DNA from: a virus
Taxonomy: Duplodnaviria; Caudoviricetes
Length of the DNA: 43,010 nucleotides
Reading direction: 5' to 3' (one strand)
IMG/VR virus record: IMGVR_UViG_3300028585_000523
Location: 1 to 43,010 of that record
Part shown: positions 25,360 through 35,275 of the stretch, piece after piece
Layout: each line of letters begins with the position of its first letter
How positions within the stretch are numbered: the stretch's first letter is position 1
Position numbers and translations under genes: made by a program
The notes under the pieces: generated by a model
The model's input: only the letters and a program-made list of their open reading frames with translations
Databases searched by the model: none
Told to the model about the DNA's origin: nothing

Positions 25360-26686
25360 CGGGATCCTCTCCGGGCGTCTCCGGCGCGTCCGCCGGCTGG
25401 GTTTCGTCGTCGCCCGGTGTCGGGCCGGCCTCGGTCGCGGGATCACCGGTCGGCTGGTAGACCGCGTCGCCGCCCGCGGTCGGCGGCAGGTTCTTCAGCC
25501 GCCGGACCTCGTTGACCGACATGAAGCCGGGCAGCTGGTTGCCGCCCAGCGCCAGCCGGAAATATTCGCCCTGCGCCTTGGCATCGCCCTGCATCAGCGC
25601 GTCCGGATCAAACTCGATGAAATAGTCGGCCGGGCGGTTGCCGGCCCGGGGGAACAGCTTGCGGTTCAACTCGCGCTGGAAGCGGACGAGGTGCGGGCGC
25701 AGCGTGTAGCGGACGAAACCGATGCCCTGCTGCTCGATCCCCGTCCCCCAGCTGGTCGACTTCTCCGTCTCGCCGATCATGTGCGGCGGCACGCCGAAGA
25801 TCCGGGCGATATCGACCGTCGTATATTGCAGCAGCTCCAGCAGCTGCGCATCCTTCGCCGAGATCGACAGGCGCTTCCACTCGCCCCCTTCGGACAAGAG
25901 CAGCGGGTTGTGGGCGTTGGAAACACCCTGCGCCTTCTTCTGGAGATAGGCTTTAAACTCGGCGCGCTGCTCGTTGGACAGCCCGTTGGGAAACTGGAAA
26001 TAATCGTTCGTCAGCAGCCCGCGTTCGAACTGGCCGGCGGTATAATCCCGCACCGCCAGCCCCACGCCGATCGCCTGCGCATGGAAGCTGATCGGCGACA
26101 GCGCCAGCAGCTTGTCCCGCGTCCGGCCGGGGCCGCGAAAGTGCAGCACATAGGCCGCCTCGTGAAATTCCTGGCTGCTGTCGTCGTTGGTGAAGCGATA
26201 CCAGACCGATCCGCCCGACCGGTAGGGCGCGACCTGTTCGGGATGATAATAATCGATCCCGGTGATCGTGCCGTTCCGCGCCTGCCGGATCAGCCCATAG
26301 CCATTGCCGCGCAGCAGGACCGACATCGTCGCCAGCTCGACCAGTTCGGGACCGGACATCTCGTCATTGGGTTCGTCACGCAGCAGGCGGGCATAGGGAT
26401 GATCGTCCGCCCGCTCCCGCCCGCCACCCGCCGTCCGGCGATAGATGCAGAGCGGCAGGCTCATATTCGCGCCGGAGATCAGCGTGACGCAGCGCCACAC
26501 CGCGGACATGCGCATCGCGGTGTCCGAATTGACGGTCATGCCGGCGGCCCGCTGGCTCCCGCCAAACCATTCGAACATGGCCGCATCGCCCGACGTCACC
26601 ACCGCGCTGTCGGTGGCGGCGCGGACCAGTTCATGACCGCGCGCGATGCGCGGGCTAGTCGTCGAGGTCGACGAAGATTGTGCCAT
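25346..26686 (-). CDS. HK97-family portal protein
   Basis: AVWRCV.LIS, LRGNGY, DAQLLE, IARIFGVPPHMIG, NEVRRL.NLPP. Confidence 0.95.
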   Translation of the reverse strand: MAQSSSTSTTSPRIARGHELVRAATDSAVVTSGDAAMFEWFGGSQRAAGMTVNSDTAMRMSAVWRCVTLISGANMSLPLCIYRRTAGGGRERADDHPYARLLRDEPNDEMSGPELVELATMSVLLRGNGYGLIRQARNGTITGIDYYHPEQVAPYRSGGSVWYRFTNDDSSQEFHEAAYVLHFRGPGRTRDKLLALSPISFHAQAIGVGLAVRDYTAGQFERGLLTNDYFQFPNGLSNEQRAEFKAYLQKKAQGVSNAHNPLLLSEGGEWKRLSISAKDAQLLELLQYTTVDIARIFGVPPHMIGETEKSTSWGTGIEQQGIGFVRYTLRPHLVRFQRELNRKLFPRAGNRPADYFIEFDPDALMQGDAKAQGEYFRLALGGNQLPGFMSVNEVRRLKNLPPTAGGDAVYQPTGDPATEAGPTPGDDETQPADAPETPGEDPDEEP

Positions 26687-28400
26687 GCGTCTTCGTCCCT
26701 TCCGGCGGTGACATGGCCACACCCAGCGCACTGATCAGCGCGACGGGATTGTCGATCTTGAGATGATTCTGTCCGACCGGCTTGTTCGGATAGACGTTGT
26801 CCTTCTTGTCGGGCGCCGCGACGACGTTCGACATCTCCCATTCCATCACGGGGCAGCCCGCATGGCGGATGGTGCGGGCGCGGGTCAGCGCGTCCAGTTC
26901 CTTCATCGGCTCGAAGAAATTGAGCACCAGCGGCCGATATTCGATCACCGGCACGCCTTCCTTGGCCAGCCGGGTGGAAAGCTGCGTCGCCTGGAACGGA
27001 TCGTAGGGCACATGCTCGACCTGAAAGCGCGTCGACGCCTCGTTGATGGCAAGCTCGATCTCGTCATAGTCGACGATATTGCCCTCGGTGACGTCCAGCA
27101 GGCCCTGCGCATCCCAGCCGGCATAGGTCGGCACCGACTGGACGGTATCGGCCGGCAGGAAATAGCGGCCGATCCGGACGTAAGGATCCTCCAGCGTCGC
27201 CTTCGGCCCGATCGGCAGGAACAGATATTCCAGCGCCGCGATATCGACCTTGGACGCTAGATCGAGGCCCAGGATGACGCGCCGCCCCTGCAATTCGGGC
27301 AGCGCCAACGCATCGATCGCGCGGACCGGCAGGCTCGGATCATGGCACCGTCGCCACGCCTCCACATCGAAGAACGCCGCCTTGGCCGACACCCACAGAT
27401 TGAGGTGCTTCGTCTTGAAGACGCCGGCCTTGCGCGGGGTGGTGATCGCGTCGCGCTGGCGGGCCCGGAGATAATCTCCATTGACGGAGACATCCATGTT
27501 CGGATTGGCCTTGCGGAGGGTGGCCTCCGCCTTCCAGTCGTCGCCATCGTCGGCCGCAAACTCGATGAACAATGTCTCGTCGTCGAGCGGCGGGCCGCCA
27601 TTATGGCCGATCCCGGCCAGCTTCTTCCTCTCCTCCTGAATCCGGGTGTAGCAAGGCCCCGCCAGATTATCGCCGGCGGTGGTGATCAGGATCTGCAACG
27701 GCTGGTCGCGCGCGCCCATGCCGGTGATCATGGTGTCGATCTGGGCGTCGTCGGCGTGCTCGTGATATTCATCATGGACCGAGCAGCTGGGCGATTGCCC
27801 GTCGCCCGGATCCCCGATGATCGTCTCGAACTTCGACCCGTCCTGGATCCGCGAAATCGTCTTGGCGGTGACCTCGATGCCGAACCGCGCCTTCAGCGCC
27901 GGCGTCTTCTGCACCATCAGGCGGGCCGGCTTGAACACCTCCCACGCCTGCTTTTCGCTGGTCGCGCCCGAATAGACCTCCGCGCCGAACTCATTGTCCG
28001 CGCAGAGCATGTAGAGCGCGATGCCGGCCGCAATCGCTGACTTGCCGTTCTTGCGCGGCACGATGACGAACAGGACGCGGAAGCGCCGCAGTCCGCTATG
28101 CTTGTGCAGCCACCCGAAGGTGCAGGCGACGATGAACACCTGCCATGGTTCGAGCCGGATCAACTCCCGCTTGGCGGCCCATTTGCCCTTGCTATGCGGC
28201 AGCTTCTCGATGAACCGGCACGGCCGGGCGGCCGCGCCGGCATCGAACTTGAAGGGGAATACGCGCCTCCGGCTCGCCTTCAGGTCATCCAGATGGCGCT
28301 TGCACGCCAGCTTGATGCTCTTGCCGGCGGGGATCCTGCCGCGGATGACATCGCGGGCATACCCCTCCGCGATGGCGGCGAAATCACGAACCTCCACCAC
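26655..28400 (-). CDS. terL: Terminase large subunit
   Basis: LEPWQ, VPRKNGKS (Walker A), HDEYH (Walker B), GLDLA, KIDNPVA. Confidence 0.95.
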   Translation of the reverse strand: MVEVRDFAAIAEGYARDVIRGRIPAGKSIKLACKRHLDDLKASRRRVFPFKFDAGAAARPCRFIEKLPHSKGKWAAKRELIRLEPWQVFIVACTFGWLHKHSGLRRFRVLFVIVPRKNGKSAIAAGIALYMLCADNEFGAEVYSGATSEKQAWEVFKPARLMVQKTPALKARFGIEVTAKTISRIQDGSKFETIIGDPGDGQSPSCSVHDEYHEHADDAQIDTMITGMGARDQPLQILITTAGDNLAGPCYTRIQEERKKLAGIGHNGGPPLDDETLFIEFAADDGDDWKAEATLRKANPNMDVSVNGDYLRARQRDAITTPRKAGVFKTKHLNLWVSAKAAFFDVEAWRRCHDPSLPVRAIDALALPELQGRRVILGLDLASKVDIAALEYLFLPIGPKATLEDPYVRIGRYFLPADTVQSVPTYAGWDAQGLLDVTEGNIVDYDEIELAINEASTRFQVEHVPYDPFQATQLSTRLAKEGVPVIEYRPLVLNFFEPMKELDALTRARTIRHAGCPVMEWEMSNVVAAPDKKDNVYPNKPVGQNHLKIDNPVALISALGVAMSPPEGTKTHGTIFVDLDD

Positions 28401-28401
28401 A

Positions 28402-28887
28402 TCAGAAATCGTCGAATTCGCCGGCTTCCTTCTTGTCGCCGACCGTGGCGATCCGGAGCGCCGCGGCCGGGTTGAGCATCAGCTCGCCCAGCAGCGACTG
28501 CGCGTGCCGCATGGCGTCCGACAGGAACTTCACCTCCGGCCGCGCACGAAACAGCGTGCCGCCGGCGGTGGTGTTCGTCTCGTAGGTGTCCCCCGACATT
28601 TCCAACACCGCCTGCCAGCGCTGGATCTGTTCCAGCCGCTGGGCGAGCAGCGCGACATGCTCCGCATAATGCGGACTCGACCGGTTCTGCGCGACCAGCA
28701 TGTCGGCGATCGTCCTGAAATGCAGCTGCGCCAGATCCGACAGATGGATCGGCACGATCATCGGCCCGAGCGGGATGTCCTCGCTCGCCACCAATTCGCG
28801 ATCCTTGCGAAGCGTACCGGTCAGCGCCTTCTCCGCCGTGGATTTCCGGGGCCGCCCGGCCCCCGGCCGTGTTCCCCCCCGCGCCAT
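28402..28887 (-). CDS. terS: Terminase small subunit (P27-like)
   Basis: MARGGTRPGAGRPRK ... LMLNPAAALRI; directly upstream of terL. Confidence 0.85.
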   Translation of the reverse strand: MARGGTRPGAGRPRKSTAEKALTGTLRKDRELVASEDIPLGPMIVPIHLSDLAQLHFRTIADMLVAQNRSSPHYAEHVALLAQRLEQIQRWQAVLEMSGDTYETNTTAGGTLFRARPEVKFLSDAMRHAQSLLGELMLNPAAALRIATVGDKKEAGEFDDF

Positions 28888-29009
28888 GGCACCCCCAAAC
28901 ATTTTACTCTTTGATTATGCCTACGCAAAAAATTGCCTGACCATCGGTGTCCGGGGGGATCGATCTTGAACGTTTACCCCCCCCGGGGGGCCTCAAGACG
29001 CGATCGGCT

Positions 29010-29324
29010 TCAAGGACGACGAGCCTGTGCACGTTCGGCCTTCGACTTGACGTCATGACAGTCGGTGCAGAGGCCTTGCAGGTTACTCCGGTCATTGCTC
29101 CCACCGGAGGCGAGCGATCGAATGTGGTCAACCTGCGTCGTTGCGCTGGTATGCCCTTGCGCCAGGCATATCCGGCACAACGGTTCCTCCCGCCGGACCT
29201 GCTCACGCTGCCGCACGCCCGCGCGCCCCCGCAATCGCCTGTCCGTCGCGCCGGCCGCAGGCGCCCATGCGCGTCGCGGCACGGGCGGGCGTCCAAAGCG
29301 CGGAGCCTGCGTCGGCATCGTCAC
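29010..29324 (-). CDS. HNH endonuclease (HK97 gp74-like packaging cofactor)
   Basis: PLCRIC...VDHI...NLQGLCTDCH. Confidence 0.9.
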   Translation of the reverse strand: MTMPTQAPRFGRPPVPRRAWAPAAGATDRRLRGRAGVRQREQVRREEPLCRICLAQGHTSATTQVDHIRSLASGGSNDRSNLQGLCTDCHDVKSKAERAQARRP

Positions 29325-29962
29325 GCCGTCGCAATATCGACCGACACCGCCCGCCAGGGCGCATCCCCCGCATCCCGCGCATAAAACCGCACATAAGTCC
29401 GCGACCCGATCACCCGGATACTATCCCGGATCGCATCCATCGCCCGCCGCCACCGCACGTCCTCGATCTCCACGCGCATCAGCATGAACAGTTCGGCCCG
29501 GTTGATCTGCCCCTGCTTGTCGACGGAGAACACCCGGTTCACCAGCGCCCGCAGTTCCGCCCCGCTCGTTGCCGCCCATTCGTTGAGGCACGCGTCGATC
29601 AGCACCTTCGCCGCCTGCAGCTCGGGACCGAAATCGATCAGATCCGCCACCTGCACCTGCACCTTGGAGCACCCATCGAAGCTCAACAGCGTGATATTGC
29701 CCTTCGCCCCGCCGACCTTCGCGTCATAATGCTGGGCCAACAGTTCCTGAAGCGACGCCACCTGCGCGAACGTCGCCGCCTTGAACGCCCCGATCGCCGC
29801 CGAAAGCACCCCCGCACGGTCCAATATGCCCCGCACGGCCTCATCGATCAGCAGATCCGCCGCCTTGATCGCAGCGATGGGCACCAGCGCGCCCTTCGCA
29901 TCCCGCAAATAGGCAGCCCCGCCCACATCGATCGCGGCCGGATGGGACGAACCGACCGTCAC
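29321..29962 (-). CDS. DUF3164-family phage protein
   Basis: DAKGALVP..IK..D, GGAKGNITLLSFDG, FGPELQAAK.LID.C. Confidence 0.8.
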   Translation of the reverse strand: MTVGSSHPAAIDVGGAAYLRDAKGALVPIAAIKAADLLIDEAVRGILDRAGVLSAAIGAFKAATFAQVASLQELLAQHYDAKVGGAKGNITLLSFDGCSKVQVQVADLIDFGPELQAAKVLIDACLNEWAATSGAELRALVNRVFSVDKQGQINRAELFMLMRVEIEDVRWRRAMDAIRDSIRVIGSRTYVRFYARDAGDAPWRAVSVDIATA

Positions 29963-30144
29963 GACGGCGCCCCCGACGCGCTGGCGGCGATCGCCGTCAG
30001 CGACCGAAGGTTGGTCAGCGCCCGCCGCGCCCGCTGCCCGATCTCGATCTCGGTGAGCAATTCCGCCAGCTGCGCCTTGCTCACCCCGACGATATCGCCG
30101 GGGCTTGCCGAAGCCGCGGACCGGATCTGTGCGACGTTGATCAT
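29959..30144 (-). CDS. Small hypothetical protein
   Basis: MINVAQIRS...; GTGA overlap with the DUF3164 gene. Confidence 0.55.
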   Translation of the reverse strand: MINVAQIRSAASASPGDIVGVSKAQLAELLTEIEIGQRARRALTNLRSLTAIAASASGAPS

Positions 30145-30148
30145 CGGC

Positions 30149-30373
30149 TCACCAGATGAAGCCGCCGCCCAGACGGGCGAGCGGCGGATGGACAGGACGA
30201 CCGGCACCGCGCGCCGCCCGGCGCATCCGCGCCGCCAGCCCCTCGACCCGATCGACATGGGTGTCATGCCGCTGCGGCGAAGGCCGCCCGTCACTCATCG
30301 CCCCGATCAACTCGTCCAGATCGGCGCTGACACGCCGCAGCTCGTCGAGCAGCGAGGGCAAGGGTTCGGACAT
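30149..30373 (-). CDS. Small hypothetical protein
   Basis: RBS GGAG; first gene of the packaging operon. Confidence 0.55.
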   Translation of the reverse strand: MSEPLPSLLDELRRVSADLDELIGAMSDGRPSPQRHDTHVDRVEGLAARMRRAARGAGRPVHPPLARLGGGFIW

Positions 30374-30791
30374 GCAAAGGCTCCGGGATCAGCCTGACCC
30401 GCAAAGGGACGGGCGCCGGACGCGGCTATGGCGAGGTCGTTTCTGCCATCTGCATGTCCGTTCTGCGCCCCGCTGGTTTGGGAGGTTCCCGAAAAGTCAG
30501 GGAAGGCCTCAGTGCTCATCCACGCGCGTCAGCGAGGCAAGCAACTCCGGTAGTTTTGATTCAATATTTACCCGGAGCGTTCGCGTACGAACATGGCTAA
30601 ACTCTCGGTGTGCAACCCGCACATCCACAATGAACGCCGCAATTTCTTGTCGGCCATTAGCGCATTTTAATAAAATCATTATCCGAGCGCCGAACCGTTT
30701 ATTCGACGGGCATAATGTATTTTCCGAACTGATTCAGTGGCTCACGGCCTTCAGCGTTCGTTCAACTCTGCTTCCGTTGTAAGTAAAGGCG

Positions 30792-33251
30792 TTAGCCGAA
30801 CATCCTTGCAAGTTCACGATCAACGATCGATCGATACGTATCGCGTCGCTGGGATCGAGCCAGGTCCATCCAGAAAATAACATTGTAATACTTAGCCCTT
30901 TCGACAGTGAGATAACGGTCTAACTGCGATTTGTTTTCTACAACCGTCCTGGCGGCAAGCGACTTCAGGGCCGAGGCTTTCCTGATCCCCGCATTTTTAT
31001 GGTAAAGCAGGCTCTCGACAACTTGGACGTCCAGAAGACGGAACCGGTTGTTCGGTATCTTAGCGATCAAGCGAGCCAAGAGGTCGTGAGGTAGGTCGAG
31101 CGCCAATAATTCGGGGATCCGATCACCTGCAAGCTTCAAAATCGCCGCTATCTTGTCCCCGGTTCCACGACCAGGACCAACAGACAGCATCGACATGCCG
31201 GAACCGATAGCCATTTTACCAATGCGCGGGATGTCCTCCCAACTACCGATACGGCCCAGATATTCGACGTCCGCCGACGTCCGCTCACACGCTTCCTCGT
31301 CTATGATCTTTCTGATACGAGAAAGATCCTTCCGGTCACGCAGTTCCTCAATGGCGTCCAGCGCAATGCGCATCAGGCTTTTGCGCCGGAACTCTTGATG
31401 TTCCTCGAACATGGCTACCATCTGGTCGCCTGAATCACCCCCGCCCAACCTTGTTCGAATGACATCGAGATATTGCCGCCAGCGAGAGAGATACCGATCG
31501 TCTAGGTCGGATCGCAACTGGTCGAAAACGAGGCCGCTATGACCTAAAACAAGGGCAGCGAGCCGATCTTCAATGCCCAGTCCGCTTTTACCATTCTCCT
31601 GTAACTCCTCAAAAGACAAGCGCGAGAGTTGACGCCGCTTCCATTGCCGATAAGCGTCTTGCGCGGTGGCATCGAAGCCGCCGAGAACACCTCCGGAAGA
31701 CTCGCCGTTCTTCCTAAGAAAAGCTTTTTCAGCCTCCTTTTCATCTAATGAACGAACTGAGCGCTCGAAAACGTTAATAGCCGCTACTCGCACAGCACCT
31801 GACGGATCTTCAAAAAGCCGCCTCAGCGTTGGCTCATCGATGGCCCCGCGGTCAGCGACGAGGGTAACAGCCTGTGCACGTATCAAACCAGAACGAGAAT
31901 CCAGAGCAGTAACGAGCGTGTCGTCCTCCAGCTCATTCATGCCGTCGAGTACGATCTTCATGGGGCGGTCGCCAATTGCATCGAACGACGCGCCGATAGC
32001 GAACTGCGCGGCGGCACGGCCGCTCTCTCGACCACGCGCCATAATCACGGCGTCTAGCGCTGCTTTGCGAGTCGCGTAGTTATTGCGGTCAAATTCGCGC
32101 TCGGCCAGCGCTGCGAGGTTAGCATCGCCCCACTGAGCGATGTACTCAAGGGCGGCGTTCCTAACTGCCGCCGATGCCTCGTCGCCAAACCATTCCCCAT
32201 GAAGCTTTGCAGCGTCGAACCTTTCGTCGAAGACGAGCGGGCTACCGAGTAGCGCAAGAACGCGTAGTGCTCCGGCCCGCCTACCGTCGGGGCCAACGGC
32301 CGTGGTGTAGGTCAACCATTGCGGAAACCTGCGAAGGCATTTCGCGAGCCATGTCCAAAGCGGCGTGTTCTCATCGACGTATGCCTCAATCCCGGCGTCC
32401 GCCAGCGCTGACATCTCGCGTGGACTAAGGCTCAGCGTTCCGGCCGAGCTGTAAAGTAGATTGGCGTCATGTGCCCCAATCACGGTTTCGTCGTTTGAAG
32501 CGTCGCCCGCGGCCATAGCCACGAGCCTGAGACGAGCAACTTGGACAGATGAGAGGCCGATTGGCTCCGAGGCCATGGTCCTCGCAGCTTCGCCAAGGAA
32601 CTCGGCTTCTACCCCGCCCCCAACCCAGGCCCCGTCGGCGGCCTGATCATCGACTGCTTGGGTCGGATCGCGACCGGTGCTTGAAGCGACGCTAAACCGC
32701 TGTCCTGCGCTCGTTGGTTCAAGACGGTAAATATAGGCTGCGATCCCGAGCCGGACGTGCGTTTGGAAATCAGAAGTCGCTGAGAATTGCTGGAACAGAA
32801 TGTCGCGCCTGTCGATCATCTGCTGTTTGAATTTGAGGACCTTGGAGAGTTCGCGTCCAGGATCGCCGAGCTTTGATTTGTCGACGTCCTTGAAGAACAT
32901 TGTCATGTGCGGTTCGCAGGTCCGTGCAAATCGCTCGGATGCGAGGGTGAACTCTTCCTCGAAGCCCGAAGTAAAGCGCCCGCCTGCATCGGGGGCCATT
33001 CCCCAACGCTCCCACAGCATGCCGATAAACATTTGGCAGGTTTCGAGATCCTCGTTGATCGTCGCCTGAGGCCTCCCGGCAGTCGACAGCGTGTCCTCCC
33101 AGCCTATCAAATCGACATGGAATCCGTTGGGTCGCGCAACTGTCTTGTTGATTTCGTCCACTGCGGCTCTGGCGGCTCGTCGCTCCTCGCCTAGATCGCT
33201 AGGTGAGGCCAGGAACACTCGGATGATTCTGATGGCGTCTTGTCTCTCCAC
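30792..33251 (-). CDS. DUF4062 (TIR/nucleoside-deoxyribosyltransferase-like) domain plus HEAT-like repeat protein
   Basis: RVFLASPSDL.EER...WE...FIG.LW.RWG...SGFEEEF; repeats such as LDSRSGLIRAQAV and EDPSGAVRVAAI; atypical codon use. Confidence 0.75.
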   Translation of the reverse strand: MERQDAIRIIRVFLASPSDLGEERRAARAAVDEINKTVARPNGFHVDLIGWEDTLSTAGRPQATINEDLETCQMFIGMLWERWGMAPDAGGRFTSGFEEEFTLASERFARTCEPHMTMFFKDVDKSKLGDPGRELSKVLKFKQQMIDRRDILFQQFSATSDFQTHVRLGIAAYIYRLEPTSAGQRFSVASSTGRDPTQAVDDQAADGAWVGGGVEAEFLGEAARTMASEPIGLSSVQVARLRLVAMAAGDASNDETVIGAHDANLLYSSAGTLSLSPREMSALADAGIEAYVDENTPLWTWLAKCLRRFPQWLTYTTAVGPDGRRAGALRVLALLGSPLVFDERFDAAKLHGEWFGDEASAAVRNAALEYIAQWGDANLAALAEREFDRNNYATRKAALDAVIMARGRESGRAAAQFAIGASFDAIGDRPMKIVLDGMNELEDDTLVTALDSRSGLIRAQAVTLVADRGAIDEPTLRRLFEDPSGAVRVAAINVFERSVRSLDEKEAEKAFLRKNGESSGGVLGGFDATAQDAYRQWKRRQLSRLSFEELQENGKSGLGIEDRLAALVLGHSGLVFDQLRSDLDDRYLSRWRQYLDVIRTRLGGGDSGDQMVAMFEEHQEFRRKSLMRIALDAIEELRDRKDLSRIRKIIDEEACERTSADVEYLGRIGSWEDIPRIGKMAIGSGMSMLSVGPGRGTGDKIAAILKLAGDRIPELLALDLPHDLLARLIAKIPNNRFRLLDVQVVESLLYHKNAGIRKASALKSLAARTVVENKSQLDRYLTVERAKYYNVIFWMDLARSQRRDTYRSIVDRELARMFG

Positions 33252-33364
33252 CGGTGCAAGTCGCCTGAAATATCCTATTCAGTCAAGCGGCTACGTCATG
33301 CAGGGGACCGGGGCCAACGTATCGGGCGGCAACAAAGGGTAGGCCCAAACGTAAAACCGCCGAG

Positions 33365-33976
33365 TCATAGTCGTCTTCCGCGAACGCAACGCACCGCCCC
33401 CCGCGCCACCCACCACTGATCCAGCGCCCCCACCAGCATCCGCCGCGCCCGCACCATGCTCATCCGATAGCGCCGCGCCACGATCGTCAGCCCCTGGTCA
33501 TGCACCACCACATCCAGCACGGCCGCCGCATCGCCCCCCACCGCCTGCCGCCACCGCCCATAAGCCAGATCGGCATGAACCCGCCCCAGCATCTCGCCTT
33601 CCGCCTAGCCATGCCCCCCGCCATCCACCCGGGCCTCCAGACTGGCAGTCCGCACCGCAACGCCGGCAACGACGCCCCGCCACGCATCGAGGATCCCTTC
33701 CGCCGCCGCCAACTGGTCGTCATCGATCGCCCCGCTCGCATGAAGCCGCGCCAGCGATCCCGGCCGGCGCTGGGCGATGGCGACATGCTCATGCGTCTCC
33801 GCCGTCCCCTCCGCCTTGTGCGACCAACGCTCGCGGATCTGGACGCGCGCCTCGACGCCGGGGGCCAGCAGCACAGCCCGCTTCCGCACCTTGCGCGTCC
33901 GGCCGGCGGACGGGCGCGGCTTGCCCAGCACCAGATGCTCGAAGCGCTGCCGCTCCCGTTCGTCGATCCCCGCCAT
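33365..33976 (-). pseudogene. Putative late-gene transcription regulator interrupted by an in-frame TAG at 33605-33607
   Basis: ORFs 33605..33976 and 33365..33592 share one frame (GGHG*AEGEMLG); C-terminal HTH-like GLTIVARRYRMS. Confidence 0.6.
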
Positions 33977-33988
33977 GGCCGCCTCCGC

Positions 33989-34357
33989 TCAATCCATGTC
34001 GGGCAGATGCTCGAATGGCGGGAGAACCGGTAGCTGTCCGTTCGGTAAGCCCCCGGGCAACATGCCCAGCGGCTCCGCCACCGCCCAGCCCAGCCGCCGC
34101 AACGCCTGGTCCAGCGCCCCCCGCGAATGCGCCATGTCCCGCACGCGCAGGCTGCGCTGCGCGCCGGGCGTCTTCTCGATCACGCCGCGCTCGATCAGCT
34201 GCCCGACCAATTCTTTCGCCCGCGTCGCACTGACCGCCAGCGCCCGCCCGATCTCCTCGAAGCTCGGGCTGGTCCCCGTCCGCGCGATCCGCTCCACGAT
34301 ATAGGCCAGCGCCTGATCCCGCCTGAGCGGAAGCTCCTCCGATCCCGCTGCCGTCAT
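33989..34357 (-). CDS. LexA-type DNA-binding domain protein lacking the peptidase domain
   Basis: G.SPSFEEIG..L.VS...L..L.ERGVI...PGAQRSL; 122 aa. Confidence 0.8.
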   Translation of the reverse strand: MTAAGSEELPLRRDQALAYIVERIARTGTSPSFEEIGRALAVSATRAKELVGQLIERGVIEKTPGAQRSLRVRDMAHSRGALDQALRRLGWAVAEPLGMLPGGLPNGQLPVLPPFEHLPDMD

Positions 34358-34432
34358 CCTGCTGTCCCCCTGGCAGGAACATAGCGGGAATCGCCGCTGT
34401 CCGCCACGATCCCGATCATCGGGGACGTCCGG

Positions 34433-34738
34433 TTATGCGTGCGCCGCGTTCGCCTCCCGCGCCGTCGCGCGCAGCCCCAGCCCCAGCCCGTCCAGCACCT
34501 TCAGCAAAGTGCCAAGCGTCGGGTTCGCATCCGCACCCACCGCCTTGTAAAGCGACGAACGCCCAAGGCCGGTATCGCGCGACAGGTTGGTGACGCCGCG
34601 CTTGGCGGCGATCATGCCGATGATGTTGCCGATCACGCTGGCATCGCCGGTCGCCAGCGCATCGTTCAACAGTTCAACCTGATCCTCGATCGTGTCGAGA
34701 TGATCCATGGGATCGAAAGGGATGGTCTTGATGGTCAT
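34433..34738 (-). CDS. Addiction-module antidote (HI1420-like HTH antitoxin)
   Basis: FDPMDHL...TGLGRSSLYKA...NPTLGTLLKV. Confidence 0.9.
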   Translation of the reverse strand: MTIKTIPFDPMDHLDTIEDQVELLNDALATGDASVIGNIIGMIAAKRGVTNLSRDTGLGRSSLYKAVGADANPTLGTLLKVLDGLGLGLRATAREANAAHA

Positions 34739-34782
34739 GTTACACGCCTCCTCAGGCATAGACAGGGTTACAGGATCGCACG

Positions 34783-35076
34783 TCAGTCGAGCGCCGCCGC
34801 CATCTCCTTTGCCTTGGCGATGTCCCGGGCCTGCGAACCCTTGTCACCACCGACCAGCAGCAGGATCAGCGCTTCGCCCCGGCGGGTGAAATACAACCGG
34901 TATCCGGGACCATGATCGATCCGCATCTCCGACACGCCGTCCCCCACCGACTTGACGTCGCCTAGATGGCCAGCCTGCGCCATCGCCAGCCTCCGCGCGA
35001 TCCGCTTCCGCGCCACCTGATCACGCAGGCTTTCCAGCCAGTCATCGAATGTCAGGGTTTGCTCAATCTCGATCAT
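34783..35076 (-). CDS. RelE/ParE-family toxin (HI1419-like)
   Basis: FDDWLESLRD...GDVKSVGDGVSEMRIDHGPGYRLYF...GGDKGSQARDI. Confidence 0.92.
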   Translation of the reverse strand: MIEIEQTLTFDDWLESLRDQVARKRIARRLAMAQAGHLGDVKSVGDGVSEMRIDHGPGYRLYFTRRGEALILLLVGGDKGSQARDIAKAKEMAAALD

Positions 35077-35275
35077 GTGGGCACTATAATGGACGATGCC
35101 GGAATGTCCATTAAAATAGACACCTCCCCCCTTTTGAAACGTCAATTTCCTGCGTCGCTTCACGTGCTGCCGGCGGTGAACGAGGTTTCCCTTCTGTGAC
35201 CTGCTCGATCCCGACTTGCCTTCATGACCAAAATTTGTTCAGTTCCATAAACTTCCAGTCATGGGCAGGGCATAC

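Noticed and set aside
30509-30679. 56-aa minus-strand ORF MILLKCANG...
   Set aside because: No RBS or motif; more likely the late promoter region
35237-35256. Possible LexA box upstream of the 35276 gene
   Set aside because: Spacing does not fit GTTC-N7-GTTC
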